Assembly: GCA_963667035.1 (NCBI GenBank)
Contig: OY762964.1
Location: 2,240,001 to 2,304,000, forward strand
Length of the DNA: 64,000 nucleotides
From: Candidatus Cloacimonadales bacterium
GTDB taxonomy: Bacteria; Cloacimonadota; Cloacimonadia; Cloacimonadales; JAFGVF01
Direction: 5' to 3'
Below the pieces are notes generated by a model. The model was given only the letters and a program-made list of their open reading frames with translations, was not told the DNA's origin and did not search any database. Positions 11,569-21,778 of this stretch are shown here, piece by piece. Position 1 is the first letter of the stretch. Each line of letters begins with the position of its first letter. A program made the translations under genes and the position numbers.

Positions 11569-12891
11569 ATGAAATTAGCAGTTGTTGGAACTGGTTATGT
11601 CGGTTTAGTAACTGGAACATGTTTCGCAGAAATGGGTAACTACGTTATCTGCGTAGATAATGATGTTACTAAAATTGATATGCTCAACAATGGACAGATT
11701 CCGATTTGGGAACCGGGACTTGAGGAAATGGTTCAAAGAAATGCTACCGAAGGAAGACTTAAATTCACTACAGATATAAAAACTGCAGTAGAAGAATCGT
11801 TAGTTGTATTCATAGCTGTAGGTACTCCTCCGGATGAAGACGGCTCAGCAGACCTTCAATATGTGCTAGCTGTTGCTGAAGATATTGCTCGTAGTATGAA
11901 TGACTATAAGATAGTTGTTGATAAATCTACTGTACCTGTTGGTACTGCCGATAAAGTCAAAGCTAAAATCCAAGAGATTCAAAAAGAGTGTGGTAAAGAG
12001 ATTGAGTTTGATGTAGTTTCAAATCCTGAATTTCTTAAAGAAGGTGCTGCTATCGAAGACTCAATGAAACCTGACAGAGTTGTTGTCGGTGTGGATAACG
12101 TAAGAGTCGGAGAATTAATGAAAGCTCTTTATGAACCATTCAATAGAAGTAGTGATAGAGTCATCATAATGTCAATTCGCTCTGCTGAAATGACTAAATA
12201 TGCTGCAAATGCAATGCTGGCAACAAAGATTTCTTTCATGAATGAGTTAGCAACTCTTTGTGAGAAAATGGGTTCTGATATTGCAGAAGTACGTCATGGA
12301 ATAGGTTCCGATACCAGAATTGGTTACAAATTCATCTATCCTGGTGTTGGTTATGGAGGAAGTTGTTTCCCGAAAGATGTTAAAGCTCTTATTGCTATGG
12401 AGAAGGAAATGGGAGTAACTTCTCGTGTACTTCAAGCAGTTGAAGATGTAAATGATGAACAGAAGAGAGTGCTTGTTAAGAAAGTTAAAGCTCATTTTGG
12501 CGAAGACCTTACAGGTAAGACTTTTGCAATATGGGGACTCTCTTTCAAACCTCAAACTGACGATATGCGTGAAGCTCCTGCAATTGAAATCATTAATGGT
12601 TTACTTGCAGCCGGTGCAAAGGTAAAAGCTTATGATCCTGTTGCTATTGATGAAGCAAAACGCAGACTCGCAGGTGTTGAAGGAATCACCTATGTAAATG
12701 ACCAGTATGAAGTTCTTAAAGATTCTGAAGCTCTTCTTCTTGTTACAGAATGGCATCAATTCAGATATCCTGACTTCGAGAAGATAAAAGCCGAATTGAA
12801 CTCTCCTGTTCTCTTTGACGGTAGAAATCAGTATAACCCTGCTCAATTAAGAGAAATGGGCTTCACCTATTTTGCAATAGGTCGCCCTTAA
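11569..12891 (+). CDS. ugd: UDP-glucose 6-dehydrogenase
   Basis: [34 protein letters not shown]. Confidence 0.93.
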   Translation: MKLAVVGTGYVGLVTGTCFAEMGNYVICVDNDVTKIDMLNNGQIPIWEPGLEEMVQRNATEGRLKFTTDIKTAVEESLVVFIAVGTPPDEDGSADLQYVLAVAEDIARSMNDYKIVVDKSTVPVGTADKVKAKIQEIQKECGKEIEFDVVSNPEFLKEGAAIEDSMKPDRVVVGVDNVRVGELMKALYEPFNRSSDRVIIMSIRSAEMTKYAANAMLATKISFMNELATLCEKMGSDIAEVRHGIGSDTRIGYKFIYPGVGYGGSCFPKDVKALIAMEKEMGVTSRVLQAVEDVNDEQKRVLVKKVKAHFGEDLTGKTFAIWGLSFKPQTDDMREAPAIEIINGLLAAGAKVKAYDPVAIDEAKRRLAGVEGITYVNDQYEVLKDSEALLLVTEWHQFRYPDFEKIKAELNSPVLFDGRNQYNPAQLREMGFTYFAIGRP

Positions 12892-12907
12892 CTAATTATA
12901 TATTATA

Positions 12908-12936
12908 GGAAGGGGACTTACTCCTTCCTTTTTTTA
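12908..12936 (+). terminator. Intrinsic terminator after ugd
   Basis: AGGAAGGGG-actta-CTCCTTCCT plus T tract. Confidence 0.7.
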
Positions 12937-12939
12937 TTT

Positions 12940-13392
12940 ATGACTTCTAAAGACACATTCTGGATGAAACTCGCTCTTGAGGAAGCTAAGCTTGCTATGG
13001 AAGAGGGAGAGATACCTGTAGGAGCTGTCTTGATTAAAGATGATAAGCTTGTATTAAGAAATCACAATAGAACCAAGCAGTTAAGGAATCCTCTTGCACA
13101 TGCTGAAAAGTTGCTTATTGACGAAATTATAACAGATAATTCTTATGTTTACTTAAATGGCTATACTCTTTATGTGACGCTTGAACCATGTATTATGTGT
13201 GCGGGTGTATTACTATGGAGTAGAGTAGGAACTGTAGTCTTTGGTGCTTCAGATGAAAAAGCAGGAGCTGTAGGATCAATTTATGATGTCTTACGCAATA
13301 AAAGCTTCAATCATCATCCAAAGATTGTTAAAGGTGTGCTTGAAACTGAGTGCTCTGAAATACTGACAGAGTTCTTTAAATCGAAACGATAA
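12940..13392 (+). CDS. tadA: tRNA adenosine(34) deaminase
   Basis: EIPVGAV, AHAE, TLEPCIMC, FNHHP; adjacent tRNA-Ser. Confidence 0.9.
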   Translation: MTSKDTFWMKLALEEAKLAMEEGEIPVGAVLIKDDKLVLRNHNRTKQLRNPLAHAEKLLIDEIITDNSYVYLNGYTLYVTLEPCIMCAGVLLWSRVGTVVFGASDEKAGAVGSIYDVLRNKSFNHHPKIVKGVLETECSEILTEFFKSKR

Positions 13393-13396
13393 TAAA

Positions 13397-13485
13397 GGAG
13401 AGTTGCCGGAGCGGTTGAACGGGGCGGTCTCGAAAACCGTTGTACGCTTTGCGTACCCAGGGTTCGAATCCCTGACTCTCCGCCA
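13397..13485 (+). tRNA. tRNA-Ser(CGA)
   Basis: GGAGAGT/ACTCTCC acceptor stem, GCGGT-CT-CGA-AA-ACCGT anticodon arm, long variable arm, GGTTCGAATCC, encoded CCA. Confidence 0.97.
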
Positions 13486-13626
13486 TTTTTCTCTATAAAA
13501 CATCCCTTAATATGCCATTCTTTTAGCTTTAGTTAACATACGACTTATGTTTCTTCCATTTCATTACTGCTCACATTTTGTGAAAACTATTCCAAAGTTA
13601 AGACCTCTCTTTGCTGTCTCTTAATA

Positions 13627-13732
13627 CACGAGAGTCACTCGGGAATCTCACGGGACTCTCTCGGGAATCACTCGGGACTTTGCCCGAGAAATTCCCGAGA
13701 TAATTCCGAACAATTCTCCTGTTGTTCCCGAG
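13627..13732. repeat. 11-bp-periodic mirror element (CWCGGGA x5 / TCCCGAG-like x5)
   Basis: Cores at 13627, 13638, 13649, 13660, 13671; reverse-complement cores at 13682, 13693, 13704, 13715, 13726. Confidence 0.9.
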
Positions 13733-13903
13733 TGTTGAAAGAAAGCACTTTAGCATTAAATTATGACAAAAGATATCCGCAACATCATTTAATTCATTAC
13801 ACTAAGATTCTATCAATTGTAACTATGATAGTTTAGAACAGGTATAAACTAAGCCTTTAAACAGCAATCAGCAAATCACAAGAATATCAAAAGTAAAAAA
13901 AGC

Positions 13904-13946
13904 TTGACGTGAACATATGTTCATTAAAAGTGTGAACATATGTTCA
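13904..13946 (+). promoter_or_regulatory. Promoter region with two identical palindromic operators TGAACATATGTTCA
   Basis: Perfect 14-bp palindrome at 13910-13923 and 13933-13946; TTGACG at 13904. Confidence 0.8.
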
Positions 13947-13960
13947 TAAAGGAGAGAGGA

Positions 13961-14440
13961 ATGACCAGAACCAGAAAGTGCAGATTAGTTAAGAATCCGC
14001 CTAATAGCAGTTTATTTAAGCCGGCCGGAGTTGCCGTAAACGAATTGAATATGATTAAGCTGACTATTGATGAATACGAGGCAATTCGTCTCGCAGATTA
14101 TGAAGGTTTGGATCAACAGGAAGCTTCTGAGAAAATGGGAATTTCAAGACCTACTTTTACCAGATTGATACAGAAAGCTCGTGAAAAAGTTTCGACATTC
14201 ATAATCGAAAGCAGATGCCTGAGTATCGAGGGTGGTAACATTCATTTCAAAAGCGACATAATAGAATGCACTAAATGCGGAACCAGAATAGAGAAAGAAT
14301 TCGAAGCAAAAGATGTTCGTTGTCCCAATTGCGGTGGAACAGAATTCCGAAGTATAGCCGAACAGTTTGGTCACGGAAGATGTTGCCGCAACGGAAGAGG
14401 GTTTCAACGAAACAACATTAATCATTGTAAACAAGATTAG
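13961..14440 (+). CDS. DUF134 family HTH regulator with C-terminal Cys-rich (Zn-ribbon) region
   Basis: FKPAG, EYEAIRLADYEGLDQ..A..MGISRPTF.R; CxxC...CPxC. Confidence 0.85.
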   Translation: MTRTRKCRLVKNPPNSSLFKPAGVAVNELNMIKLTIDEYEAIRLADYEGLDQQEASEKMGISRPTFTRLIQKAREKVSTFIIESRCLSIEGGNIHFKSDIIECTKCGTRIEKEFEAKDVRCPNCGGTEFRSIAEQFGHGRCCRNGRGFQRNNINHCKQD

Positions 14441-14455
14441 ATATAGGAGGAAATC

Positions 14456-14740
14456 ATGCCAAGAGGCGACAGAACAGGTCCGGAAGGAAATGGTCATATG
14501 ACAGGAAGAAGATTGGGAAACTGCAATCCCGATAGTCAAAGAGAGAACAGATTCTACGGAGAAGGAAGACATTGTGGTTGTGGGAACGGTAATCGTCATC
14601 GTAACGGTTATAGAGTAGGTTTTGGATACAACCGTTTATCGGAAGACTCAGAGAAGAAAGCTCTGGAAGCTGAAGTTTCAATACTTAAAGATCAAATCTC
14701 TGCAATGGAAAAGAGATTATCCGAATTAGCCCAGAAGTAA
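14456..14740 (+). CDS. DUF5320-like small protein
   Basis: MPRGDRTGPEGNGHMTGRRLGNC N-terminus, C-terminal coiled coil. Confidence 0.8.
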   Translation: MPRGDRTGPEGNGHMTGRRLGNCNPDSQRENRFYGEGRHCGCGNGNRHRNGYRVGFGYNRLSEDSEKKALEAEVSILKDQISAMEKRLSELAQK

Positions 14741-14779
14741 CCAAGCATTTATACTCAATACTGTTAGCGTGAGGAATCA

Positions 14780-15037
14780 ATGAAAAGAAAAACAGGATAT
14801 AGAAACTACCGAGGTAGTGCATCTTCAAGTTCTCTCATTGCCTTGCTAAAAGGTATAATCCATACAGCAACGTCGTTTGTAGTAGTCGGAATCGCAAATG
14901 ATCTTAGGAAAGATAACAGCAAGATAAGAGGATTCCTCAAACGTATTGCTGAGAAAAGAGCAAAACAAAAAACAATAAAACCAAAATACAAAGTATATGA
15001 TATCAATGAGAAGGAGACAAAATGGACAAAAAAATAG
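14780..15037 (+). CDS. Hypothetical basic protein
   Basis: SD GAGGA, in-operon position. Confidence 0.55.
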   Translation: MKRKTGYRNYRGSASSSSLIALLKGIIHTATSFVVVGIANDLRKDNSKIRGFLKRIAEKRAKQKTIKPKYKVYDINEKETKWTKK

Positions 15038-15390
15038 CTATTCCAACAACAGGTGGACAACTTAGTGCACACTTCGGTCACTGCGAGAAGTTTGCAATTT
15101 ATGAAGTAAAAGACAACAAAATAGTATCTAATGAAATGGTTACTCCTCCACCTCATGAGCCGGGTTCTCACCCAAGATTCCTCAGAGATTTGGGTTGTGA
15201 TGTTATTATCGGTGGTGGCATGGGAACAAGAGCCCAGAACCTTTTTGCCGAGAATAATATTGAAGTATTCATCGGAGTTCCTAATGTAGCCTTGGAAGAA
15301 TTAGTTAATACTTACATTGCTAACGAACTTAAATCAGGTGAGAATCTCTGTGGTCACGAAGATGGTCATGACCATGAGTGCCAACACTAA
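15022..15390 (+). CDS. NifB/NifX family Mo-Fe cluster-binding protein, His-rich tail
   Basis: KIAIPT, AHFGHCEKF, IGGGMG. Confidence 0.85.
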   Translation: MDKKIAIPTTGGQLSAHFGHCEKFAIYEVKDNKIVSNEMVTPPPHEPGSHPRFLRDLGCDVIIGGGMGTRAQNLFAENNIEVFIGVPNVALEELVNTYIANELKSGENLCGHEDGHDHECQH

Positions 15391-15416
15391 AAAGAACTAT
15401 AGATAGAAGGCTTGAA

Positions 15417-16283
15417 ATGAAAATAGCTATTGCCAGTGGTAAAGGTGGAACAGGAAAAACAACGGTTTCAACAAATCTGGCTCATTATCTACATACTCAC
15501 CAGGAAGTAGTGTTGGTTGACTTAGACGTTGAAGAGCCTAACTCTGCCTTATTCATCCATAACTCGGAAGTTATGAATGAGACAGAAATCTTCAAGCATA
15601 TCCCTGATTGGGATTCTCAAAAATGCACTCTTTGTGGCCTCTGTCAATCATACTGTAATTTTAACGCAATCATGAAATTGGGAGAGACCGTAATGATCTT
15701 TCCCGAGCTTTGTCATAGTTGCTTTGCTTGTAGTGAACTATGCCCAGAGAATGCTTTACCGATGAAACCTGTCAGAATGGGAGAGTTCAGAAGTTACGAA
15801 TCAGGTAACCTTCATTTTATTGAAGGGAAACTAGATATCGGACAAGAGCAAGCCGTACCCATAATTGCACAAGTCATTGATGAAGTGGACAGAAAATATA
15901 GTAACGACATATTGAAACTATATGATTCCCCTCCGGGGACATCTTGCCCCGTCATTGAAGTGACCAAAGAGAGCGACTTTGTAATGCTTGTAACCGAACC
16001 TACTCCCTTTGGATTGCATGATTTGAAGCTTGCTGTTGAAACAATACGAGAAATTAATAAACCCTTTGGAGTTATTATTAATAGAGCAGACTTGGGGAAT
16101 GATGAAGTTGTTAAGTACTGCAAACAAGAAGGCATTGATATAATAGCTTCTATTCCTAACAGCAGAGATATTGCTGTGCTTTACTCCGAAGGAAAACTTA
16201 TCTACCCGAATCATCAGGGTTTCCGAGAAGCAATCATAAGCATTGTTGAGTATCTAAAGAAACGGGAAGGAGATATCAGATGA
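15417..16283 (+). CDS. MinD-superfamily P-loop ATPase with inserted 2x[4Fe-4S] ferredoxin
   Basis: SGKGGTGKTT, DLDVEEPN, CxxCxxCxxxC x2, DSPPGTSC, VTEPTPFG. Confidence 0.9.
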   Translation: MKIAIASGKGGTGKTTVSTNLAHYLHTHQEVVLVDLDVEEPNSALFIHNSEVMNETEIFKHIPDWDSQKCTLCGLCQSYCNFNAIMKLGETVMIFPELCHSCFACSELCPENALPMKPVRMGEFRSYESGNLHFIEGKLDIGQEQAVPIIAQVIDEVDRKYSNDILKLYDSPPGTSCPVIEVTKESDFVMLVTEPTPFGLHDLKLAVETIREINKPFGVIINRADLGNDEVVKYCKQEGIDIIASIPNSRDIAVLYSEGKLIYPNHQGFREAIISIVEYLKKREGDIR

Positions 16284-17161
16284 AAGAACTTGTGATTATC
16301 TCAGGAAAAGGTGGAACAGGAAAAACATCTATCACTGCCTCACTCTCTGTTTTAGCAGGTCAGCAAGCTATTATTGCAGACTGCGATGTTGATGCTGCCG
16401 ATATGCATCTGTTACTTGAACCTAATAATGATTACTCAGAAGATTTCTATAGCGGTGTTATTGCTAACATTGATAGCGAGAAATGCATAAATTGCGGGAA
16501 ATGCAAAGAAGTATGCCATTTCAAAGCCGTTAAAGCTGAACAGAATAATCATGAAGTAATAGATTTGAATTGTGAAGGGTGCGGATATTGCTCTGTTATA
16601 TGTCCCACTCAAGCAATCAAGATGGTAGAGCAGAATGTAGGAAAATGGTATTCATCGGACATAAAAACAGGTTCCAAGATGGTACACGCTCGTCTGAAGA
16701 GCGGGGCTGATAACTCGGGGAAACTGGTAGCAAAGGTTAAGAACCAAGCAAAAGAGCTAGCTACAAAACTAAACAAAGACTACATTATTGTTGATGGCTC
16801 TCCCGGAATTGGATGTCCGGTGGTATCATCTCTATCCGGAGCGGATTATGTCTTGTTTGTTACCGAACCGACAGTATCCGGTATTCATGACTTACAAAGA
16901 GTGCATCAACTGGTTATTAAGTTTGGTATCAGATCAGGATGTATAATCAACAAAGCTGATTTGAACAGCGAATTGAGTAGCGAAATTATATCATATTTAG
17001 ATAAAAACAATATTGATCATTTAGGTAATATCCCTTATGATGAAAGCTTCACAAAGGCAATGACTGACGGTAAATCTATTGTTGAAATCCCTGATAGTCT
17101 TCCTGCCAAAATAATTAAGGGAAGCTGGTTAACAATACAAGAGAAATTGGAGATAAAATGA
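16280..17161 (+). CDS. Second MinD-superfamily P-loop ATPase with ferredoxin insert
   Basis: SGKGGTGKTS, DCDVDAAD, two CxxCxxCxxxC, DGSPGIGC. Confidence 0.9.
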   Translation: MKELVIISGKGGTGKTSITASLSVLAGQQAIIADCDVDAADMHLLLEPNNDYSEDFYSGVIANIDSEKCINCGKCKEVCHFKAVKAEQNNHEVIDLNCEGCGYCSVICPTQAIKMVEQNVGKWYSSDIKTGSKMVHARLKSGADNSGKLVAKVKNQAKELATKLNKDYIIVDGSPGIGCPVVSSLSGADYVLFVTEPTVSGIHDLQRVHQLVIKFGIRSGCIINKADLNSELSSEIISYLDKNNIDHLGNIPYDESFTKAMTDGKSIVEIPDSLPAKIIKGSWLTIQEKLEIK

Positions 17162-17496
17162 AAATAGCTTTTACAGCAAAAGGTGATAACTGGGAAGCAG
17201 CAATAGATCCCAGATTCGGAAGAACAGAATTCATAGTTGTTTTTGATGAAGCTACAGAAGAGCTAACAACTGTTGATAACAGAGACATTGTGAATGTAGA
17301 GCATGGTGCAGGTCCTAAAACAGCTCAATTGATATTTGACATCAATCCCGATATCCTGATTACAGGTAACGGACCGGGAGGTAATGCAGCAGCTGTATTG
17401 CAAAAAGCTAATCTTAAAGTATATACCGGAGCCGGTGACATGAGTATCAAAGATGCTTATGAAGCATATAAGAAAGGAAGTTTAAAAGAGGGTTAA
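17158..17496 (+). CDS. NifB/NifX family (orange-protein-like) protein
   Basis: IDPRFGR, HGAG, ITGNGPG. Confidence 0.85.
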   Translation: MKIAFTAKGDNWEAAIDPRFGRTEFIVVFDEATEELTTVDNRDIVNVEHGAGPKTAQLIFDINPDILITGNGPGGNAAAVLQKANLKVYTGAGDMSIKDAYEAYKKGSLKEG

Positions 17497-18695
17497 TGTG
17501 TAAAGAAAGGATTGTTGCTGAGAATAATGGCAAGAATAAGAGCTTTAATTACGGGACAGTTCTAACAGTTTCTTTTGCTCATTTATCGCATGACCTATAT
17601 TCTTCTTTCTTAGCACCAATCCTACCACTTTTAATAGCGAAACTTGGTATACCGCTTTCCGGAGCAAGTATACTTGATGTAGTCAGGAAACTCCCTTCCC
17701 TATTCAATCCCATAATAGGAATCATAGCCGATAGAACTAGCGTCAAGTGGCTACTCATAATAGCGCCTGCTATCACTGCAATTGCAATGAGCTTGATAGG
17801 ATTAGCCCCCGGATATCTAACAATACTATTATTACTTCTGGTAGCAGGAATAAGTAACACTTTCTTTCATGTCCCATCACCGGTTATTATCAAGGATGTA
17901 GCAGGTACCGAGATCGGAAAGGGAATGAGTTACTACATGCTGGGAGGAGAATTAGCAAGAACACTAGGTCCATTATTAATAACAACAGCAATCTCTTTCT
18001 GGGGATTGGAAGGCTCGTGGAGAGTTATGCCTATCGGTATAGCCACATCCGTAATCCTTTATTTCAAACTAAAGCATGTACATTCGGCACCGATAAAGAA
18101 AAGAGAGAAAGGTGCTAATGAAGTACTTATTAAGCACTACAAGTTGTTTAGTTTAATAGCCGGAATATCTTTCTTCAGAGGTTTAATACACATATCCCTC
18201 ACTCTTTTCTTGCCAACCTACCTTATGCAAAACGGTGCTTCTCTTTGGCTATCCGGTATTGCAGTATCTACTCTTCAGTTAGCAGGAGCAATAGGAACAT
18301 TCTTTGCAGGTTCGTTATCCGATAAAATGGGGAGAGAAAAGATTTTGCTTATCTGCTCTATCATTAACCCCATATTGATGGCACTCTTTATGATTTCTAC
18401 AACATGGCTAAAGTTCCCGATTCTGGTCCTTATAGGATTATCTTTATTTGCTAACGGCCCTATAATGCTAGCTTTGGTACAATCAACCAACACTGACAGA
18501 CCCTCATTAATGAACGGTGTTTATATGGCTCTAAACTTTGGAGTCAGCTCCCTTGTATCGTTACTGATAGGCTTCGTTGGAGATAACATAGGTCTTAAAT
18601 CTACTTTCTATTCATCTATTGTACTTTCTATCTTTACTATCCCTATTATTATAGGTCTCTCATCATATTTAAAAAAGACTCGCAATTCAAATTGA
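17496..18695 (+). CDS. MFS transporter (Fsr-like)
   Basis: AH..HDLY, G..ADR, FHVPS, GSLSDKMGR; ~12 hydrophobic segments. Confidence 0.85.
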   Translation: MCKERIVAENNGKNKSFNYGTVLTVSFAHLSHDLYSSFLAPILPLLIAKLGIPLSGASILDVVRKLPSLFNPIIGIIADRTSVKWLLIIAPAITAIAMSLIGLAPGYLTILLLLLVAGISNTFFHVPSPVIIKDVAGTEIGKGMSYYMLGGELARTLGPLLITTAISFWGLEGSWRVMPIGIATSVILYFKLKHVHSAPIKKREKGANEVLIKHYKLFSLIAGISFFRGLIHISLTLFLPTYLMQNGASLWLSGIAVSTLQLAGAIGTFFAGSLSDKMGREKILLICSIINPILMALFMISTTWLKFPILVLIGLSLFANGPIMLALVQSTNTDRPSLMNGVYMALNFGVSSLVSLLIGFVGDNIGLKSTFYSSIVLSIFTIPIIIGLSSYLKKTRNSN

Positions 18696-18770
18696 CAAGT
18701 CGGTATTCCATTTATTCATAGATAATTGAATACAGCGTGATTTCTTTAGTTCACGTACATGGGAGTACTA

Positions 18771-21239
18771 ATGAAACGAGTTTTTACTATCGGTAATTTC
18801 AGATTTACCGCTATCACATCTCGCTTAATCAGAATTGAATATTCTGATAAGAAAGTGTTTGAGAACCATAAAAGTCAGGTTGTCATTAATAGAGAGCCTA
18901 TTGATTGCGAATGCAACTTCCATGAAAGAGATGATATTGTTGAAATCACTACTTCTCACCTGAAACTTATCCATACAAAGAACATCAATAAACTGTGTAA
19001 AGAAAGTCTGAGTATCTCCCTTAATGTAAATGGAGAAATGGTCTCCTGGAATCCTACGATAAGAGACAATGCTAATCTGAAAGGTACTACAAGAACACTT
19101 GATAACACTAACGGAGAAGAACTGGAATTGGAGTCGGGACTCCTCTCAAAGAATGGCTGGTATATACTGAATGATAGCAAATCTTTGGTATTCAATAGCT
19201 CGGGATGGCTACAGCCTAGAAAACATCCGGACAATGTTGATTGGTACTTCTTTGGATATGGTCACGATTACAAGAACGCTTTACTTGATTATACACATAT
19301 TGCAGGTAAAATTCCTATCCCGCCTAAGTATGCATTCGGATACTGGTGGTCTCGTTATTGGAATTATTCAGATACGGAGTTAAGGGAGCTAGTCAATGAT
19401 TTCAATAAATATGACATACCTATTGATGTATTGATAATAGACATGGATTGGCATAAAACTTACGGTCTGGGAAAACATTCAAAAAACTATGCTCCTGATG
19501 GTTCTTTAGTAGGATGGACAGGCTACACTTGGAATAACGATTTGTTCCCTGAACCTAAACAACTTCTAGATTATCTTCACAAAAAAGGTCTTAAAGTTGC
19601 CCTAAACCTACATCCCGCTTCCGGTATCGCCCCTATGGAAAAATGCTACGATGCATTCAAAGCTGAGTATGAATGCTGTGACAGGACTAAGTACATACCC
19701 TATCGAATGGCAGATGAGAACTGGAAAGATATCTACTTCAAGCATGTAATCAAACCCCTGGAAACAGAAGGTGTTGATTTTTGGTGGCTAGACTGGCAAC
19801 AGTTTCCTACAAGTAAGGTCATAGAGGGATTAAACAATACATGGTGGTTAAATCACGTATTTTTTACCGAGATGGAGAAATCGGGTAAACGTCCCCTACT
19901 CTTTCATCGTTGGGGTGGTATGGGCAACCACAGATATCAAGTAGGCTTCTCAGGAGATACTAGAGCCAGTTGGGAATCATTGCAATACCAACCCTATTTC
20001 ACTGCTACGGCTTCAAATGTAGGTTACGGATATTGGTCCCATGATTTAGGTGGGCATTTTCCAAACGGAGAAGATACAAATCCTGAGCTATATCTCAGAT
20101 GGGTACAATTCGGAATTGTAAGTCCAATAGTGCGAACCCACTGTACAAAAGCAGCTAATATCGAAAGACGCTTCTGGAAGTTTCTTTCTCACTTTGAGTG
20201 TTTCAAACAAGCCATTCATCTAAGATACATATTAATACCATACATTTATAACAATGCAAAATTAGCTCATGATTCGGGAATATCAATTTGCCGACCAATG
20301 TATTACGAACATCCTGATGATGATATGGCTTACGAATACAAGAATCAGTACTATTTTGGTAATGACATGATTGCCTCTCCTATCGTATCTCCTTTAGATA
20401 ACAAAACCCAACTTGCTGAGAAAAGCACTTGGTTACCGGATGGAGAATGGTTTGATTGGTCATCTGGTAAATCAATATCCGGTAATAGAGTGTACACAGA
20501 TAACTACTCAATCGATGAAATTCCGCTATTTATTAAGGCAGGTTCGATTATACCGGTAAACAATAAGATTGCTAATACTGCTAACATAGGAAGAGACATT
20601 AAATTCTTCATCATCCCCGGAGAATCGGGAGAAACAGAGTTATATGAAGATGACGGATTCACTACTGATTACTTGAAAGGAGTTTACTCTAAAACAAGTT
20701 TAAAAGGAACCCGAGAAAGTAACAAATATACTCTTGAGATTAGCAATGAGATAGGTTCAGCTACGGATGAGAATAGCGTTCGGGATATCTCTATTGAATT
20801 CATAAACTCATTTAAGCCTGTAAGTATTACATTAACTCCTGATAAAGAATTTGAGGTGCAATACAATCCAAAGAGCTTATCCGTAACAATCTCTTTTGAG
20901 AAAACAGCATCTGAAACTATAAACCTTGTAGTTGAGTTCCCCGAGACAGAAACTAAACTGTTAAATAGTGTGAAGAGACAATTCAATCGCTTTAACTATG
21001 CTTGTGAAAAACTGAAGTATGAAGTAGCAAGAGATGATTGGAGCGGGACTATTCCTGATTCGGTTAACAGATTCCAACAGACCTTACAGAGAGTGGAATA
21101 CAATCCTCTATCGGCAATAGAAGAATTAAGTGATTTAACTAATAAACATAAGGCTATAATAAAGGATTTATATAAGCATCCATCATTAAACAAGGAATTC
21201 TTTGCATGGTTTGAATTGTTCACCACTTGTGAAGAATGA
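18771..21239 (+). CDS. Glycoside hydrolase family 31
   Basis: FGYWWSRY, IIDMDWH, DFWWLDWQQ, FSGD, WSHDLGG, RPMYY. Confidence 0.9.
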   Translation: MKRVFTIGNFRFTAITSRLIRIEYSDKKVFENHKSQVVINREPIDCECNFHERDDIVEITTSHLKLIHTKNINKLCKESLSISLNVNGEMVSWNPTIRDNANLKGTTRTLDNTNGEELELESGLLSKNGWYILNDSKSLVFNSSGWLQPRKHPDNVDWYFFGYGHDYKNALLDYTHIAGKIPIPPKYAFGYWWSRYWNYSDTELRELVNDFNKYDIPIDVLIIDMDWHKTYGLGKHSKNYAPDGSLVGWTGYTWNNDLFPEPKQLLDYLHKKGLKVALNLHPASGIAPMEKCYDAFKAEYECCDRTKYIPYRMADENWKDIYFKHVIKPLETEGVDFWWLDWQQFPTSKVIEGLNNTWWLNHVFFTEMEKSGKRPLLFHRWGGMGNHRYQVGFSGDTRASWESLQYQPYFTATASNVGYGYWSHDLGGHFPNGEDTNPELYLRWVQFGIVSPIVRTHCTKAANIERRFWKFLSHFECFKQAIHLRYILIPYIYNNAKLAHDSGISICRPMYYEHPDDDMAYEYKNQYYFGNDMIASPIVSPLDNKTQLAEKSTWLPDGEWFDWSSGKSISGNRVYTDNYSIDEIPLFIKAGSIIPVNNKIANTANIGRDIKFFIIPGESGETELYEDDGFTTDYLKGVYSKTSLKGTRESNKYTLEISNEIGSATDENSVRDISIEFINSFKPVSITLTPDKEFEVQYNPKSLSVTISFEKTASETINLVVEFPETETKLLNSVKRQFNRFNYACEKLKYEVARDDWSGTIPDSVNRFQQTLQRVEYNPLSAIEELSDLTNKHKAIIKDLYKHPSLNKEFFAWFELFTTCEE

Positions 21240-21301
21240 AAAAAGTATTGACTCCAAACTGGCGAGTCCATAGTAATAGCATAAATTATAATAAAGGAGA
21301 G

Positions 21302-21778
21302 ATGATGCTAAGAAAGATAATATACATTTTGATAATCAGTTCTATCGCCATTACACTATCAGCAGACATTTTTCCGACAGGTTTTGGTGGTAATCCCAAT
21401 CCGTTCTCTAACTTCAACAATAACAGTTCACTCTTAAATGTTGAGAATATGGACATGGGACATACCCTGTCATTTATGGCCGGAGGTGGCAGTAACTCTC
21501 AAGGTTTTTACCAATCTATGTATACTAACCATCTGATGTACAGAGTAAACGATAAATTACAATTTAATCTTGACCTCAACTTTGTTAATTATGGTACTGC
21601 TACTTTTAATAAAGATTTTGATATTGAAGGCAATAATGACAACAGAAGCAATGTCGTCCCGGCTTTCAATATGCAATATAAACCTAGCGACAACACTACG
21701 ATTGAATTTAGATTTCAATATGGTGGTTACCGGAGTAATAGATTCTGGAATAGTTTTGATGAGAGGTATAGCAATTGA
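21302..21778 (+). CDS. Exported hypothetical protein
   Basis: SD AAGGAG, signal-peptide-like N-terminus. Confidence 0.7.
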   Translation: MMLRKIIYILIISSIAITLSADIFPTGFGGNPNPFSNFNNNSSLLNVENMDMGHTLSFMAGGGSNSQGFYQSMYTNHLMYRVNDKLQFNLDLNFVNYGTATFNKDFDIEGNNDNRSNVVPAFNMQYKPSDNTTIEFRFQYGGYRSNRFWNSFDERYSN

